DNA of 25,922 nt from Candidatus Promineifilaceae bacterium (GTDB lineage Bacteria; Chloroflexota; Anaerolineae; Promineifilales; Promineifilaceae): contig JBFFVR010000001.1 of the NCBI GenBank assembly GCA_041570685.1, positions 1-25,922 on the forward strand, in the 5' to 3' direction. The position numbers and the translations under genes are program-made. Under the pieces are notes generated by a model, which searched no databases, had not been told where the DNA came from, and saw nothing but the letters and a program-made list of their open reading frames with translations. Of this stretch, positions 25,154-25,922 are shown piece by piece. How positions within the stretch are numbered: position 1 is the stretch's first letter; each line of letters begins with the position of its first letter.

Positions 25154-25212
25154 TTCTCAATGGCATTTCGATATCATCTAGCTCGGAACAAATCAATATC
25201 GACTTGGCCTAT

Positions 25213-25240
25213 TTGACACGATAGCAAGAATCCATATAAT
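25213..25240 (+). promoter_or_regulatory. Consensus sigma70-type promoter
   Basis: TTGACA (25213-25218) - 16 nt - TATAAT (25235-25240), both hexamers perfect; 260 nt upstream of next ATG. Confidence 0.8.
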
Positions 25241-25500
25241 TCAGCCCTTATGCCCGATTTTGGGTAGGATAGCTGCCAGATTCGGGCGTCGAAAAATTAC
25301 GCCACGAGGAATACAGGAGCTAGCTTCAGAACGAGAACAAAAACTAGTTGATTAGTCACTAGTAACATATTTTATACAAAGCACTGTCAAGGCACGTGCT
25401 TCTGCGCCATTTGGTGCACGTGGCTAAGTGCTCATCAAGCGCTTATCTGATGAATCCAGTTCATTCTACGTGGCCATAAAGCAATAAAGGAGTTTAATTC

Positions 25501-25806
25501 ATGTTGAAGAAAAAATATTTCAAAACCAAAGATGAGTGTGAGGTTACCTTCGAGTACGCGACTGAGTCTGCAGAATCAGTATCGTTAGTCTCTGAAGCTA
25601 ATAACTGGCAACCACTAGAAATGAAGAAGCGCAAAAAAGATGGTATCTACTATACTAAATTGCGTTTACCTAAGGGTGGTCAGTTCCAGTACTTGTATTT
25701 GGTCGATGGCCAAAATTGGGTGACGGATTCATCAGCCGATGCTTACTCCCCTAATGAGTTTGGTGGTCAAAACGGGGTCGTCGATACGACGCCATCAGCC
25801 AACTAA
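25501..25806 (+). CDS. Stand-alone glycogen-binding CBM48 / isoamylase early-set domain protein
   Basis: C.VTF......A.SV.LV...NNW...M...K.G.....L.L..G..FQY.YLVDG.NW..D..AD.Y.PN.FG..N pattern; AAGGAG SD. Confidence 0.85.
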   Translation: MLKKKYFKTKDECEVTFEYATESAESVSLVSEANNWQPLEMKKRKKDGIYYTKLRLPKGGQFQYLYLVDGQNWVTDSSADAYSPNEFGGQNGVVDTTPSAN

Positions 25807-25863
25807 TTGATATATTTCGTTAGCCTAGATAGAGTACTCTAGGCAAAAAAAATTCAACTTGTG

Positions 25864-25891
25864 GCGGTCTGAAACTCAGACCGCTTTTTTT
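25864..25891 (+). terminator. Intrinsic terminator
   Basis: 9-bp GC-rich stem GCGGTCTGA/TCAGACCGC, AAC loop, seven T residues. Confidence 0.9.
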
Positions 25892-25922
25892 AATCCTAGA
25901 TTTTAATAATACTAGCAGATAA

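Overview
A 25.9-kb core-genome window from a bacterium, most likely Chloroflexota/Anaerolineae (inferred from protein families and gene mix, not from a database search). I found no rRNA, tRNA, CRISPR array, transposase or prophage. In order: partial aspA-type lyase (runs off the left edge and is missing from the ORF track), ferredoxin and Mn-type sodA (all minus strand); a solitary dnaK; a KimA/YdaO-like APC transporter fused to two USP domains; tex-zincin-hypothetical; a rhodanese lipoprotein; an FAH-family hydrolase plus a conserved unknown protein; a minus-strand run moaC, moaD::moaE fusion, fabF, rnc, RmlD-like SDR; an LmbE/PIG-L deacetylase; a six-gene signalling cluster; and a stand-alone CBM48 protein. 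The best candidate for an undescribed system is the signalling cluster (18336-25153): soluble Ser/Thr kinase with an 8-blade propeller, PP2C phosphatase, Zn-ribbon-FHA protein, 81-aa unknown, orphan OmpR-type regulator, and a full-length RelA/SpoT homologue whose hydrolase is intact but whose synthetase has lost its catalytic residues. Several intergenic regions carry unexplained RNA-like structure: a degenerate SAM-I-like element upstream of dnaK, a structured leader before the putative K+ transporter, an attenuator-like stack before aspA, and a long structured leader before the CBM48 gene. All alignments and base-pairings were done by eye.
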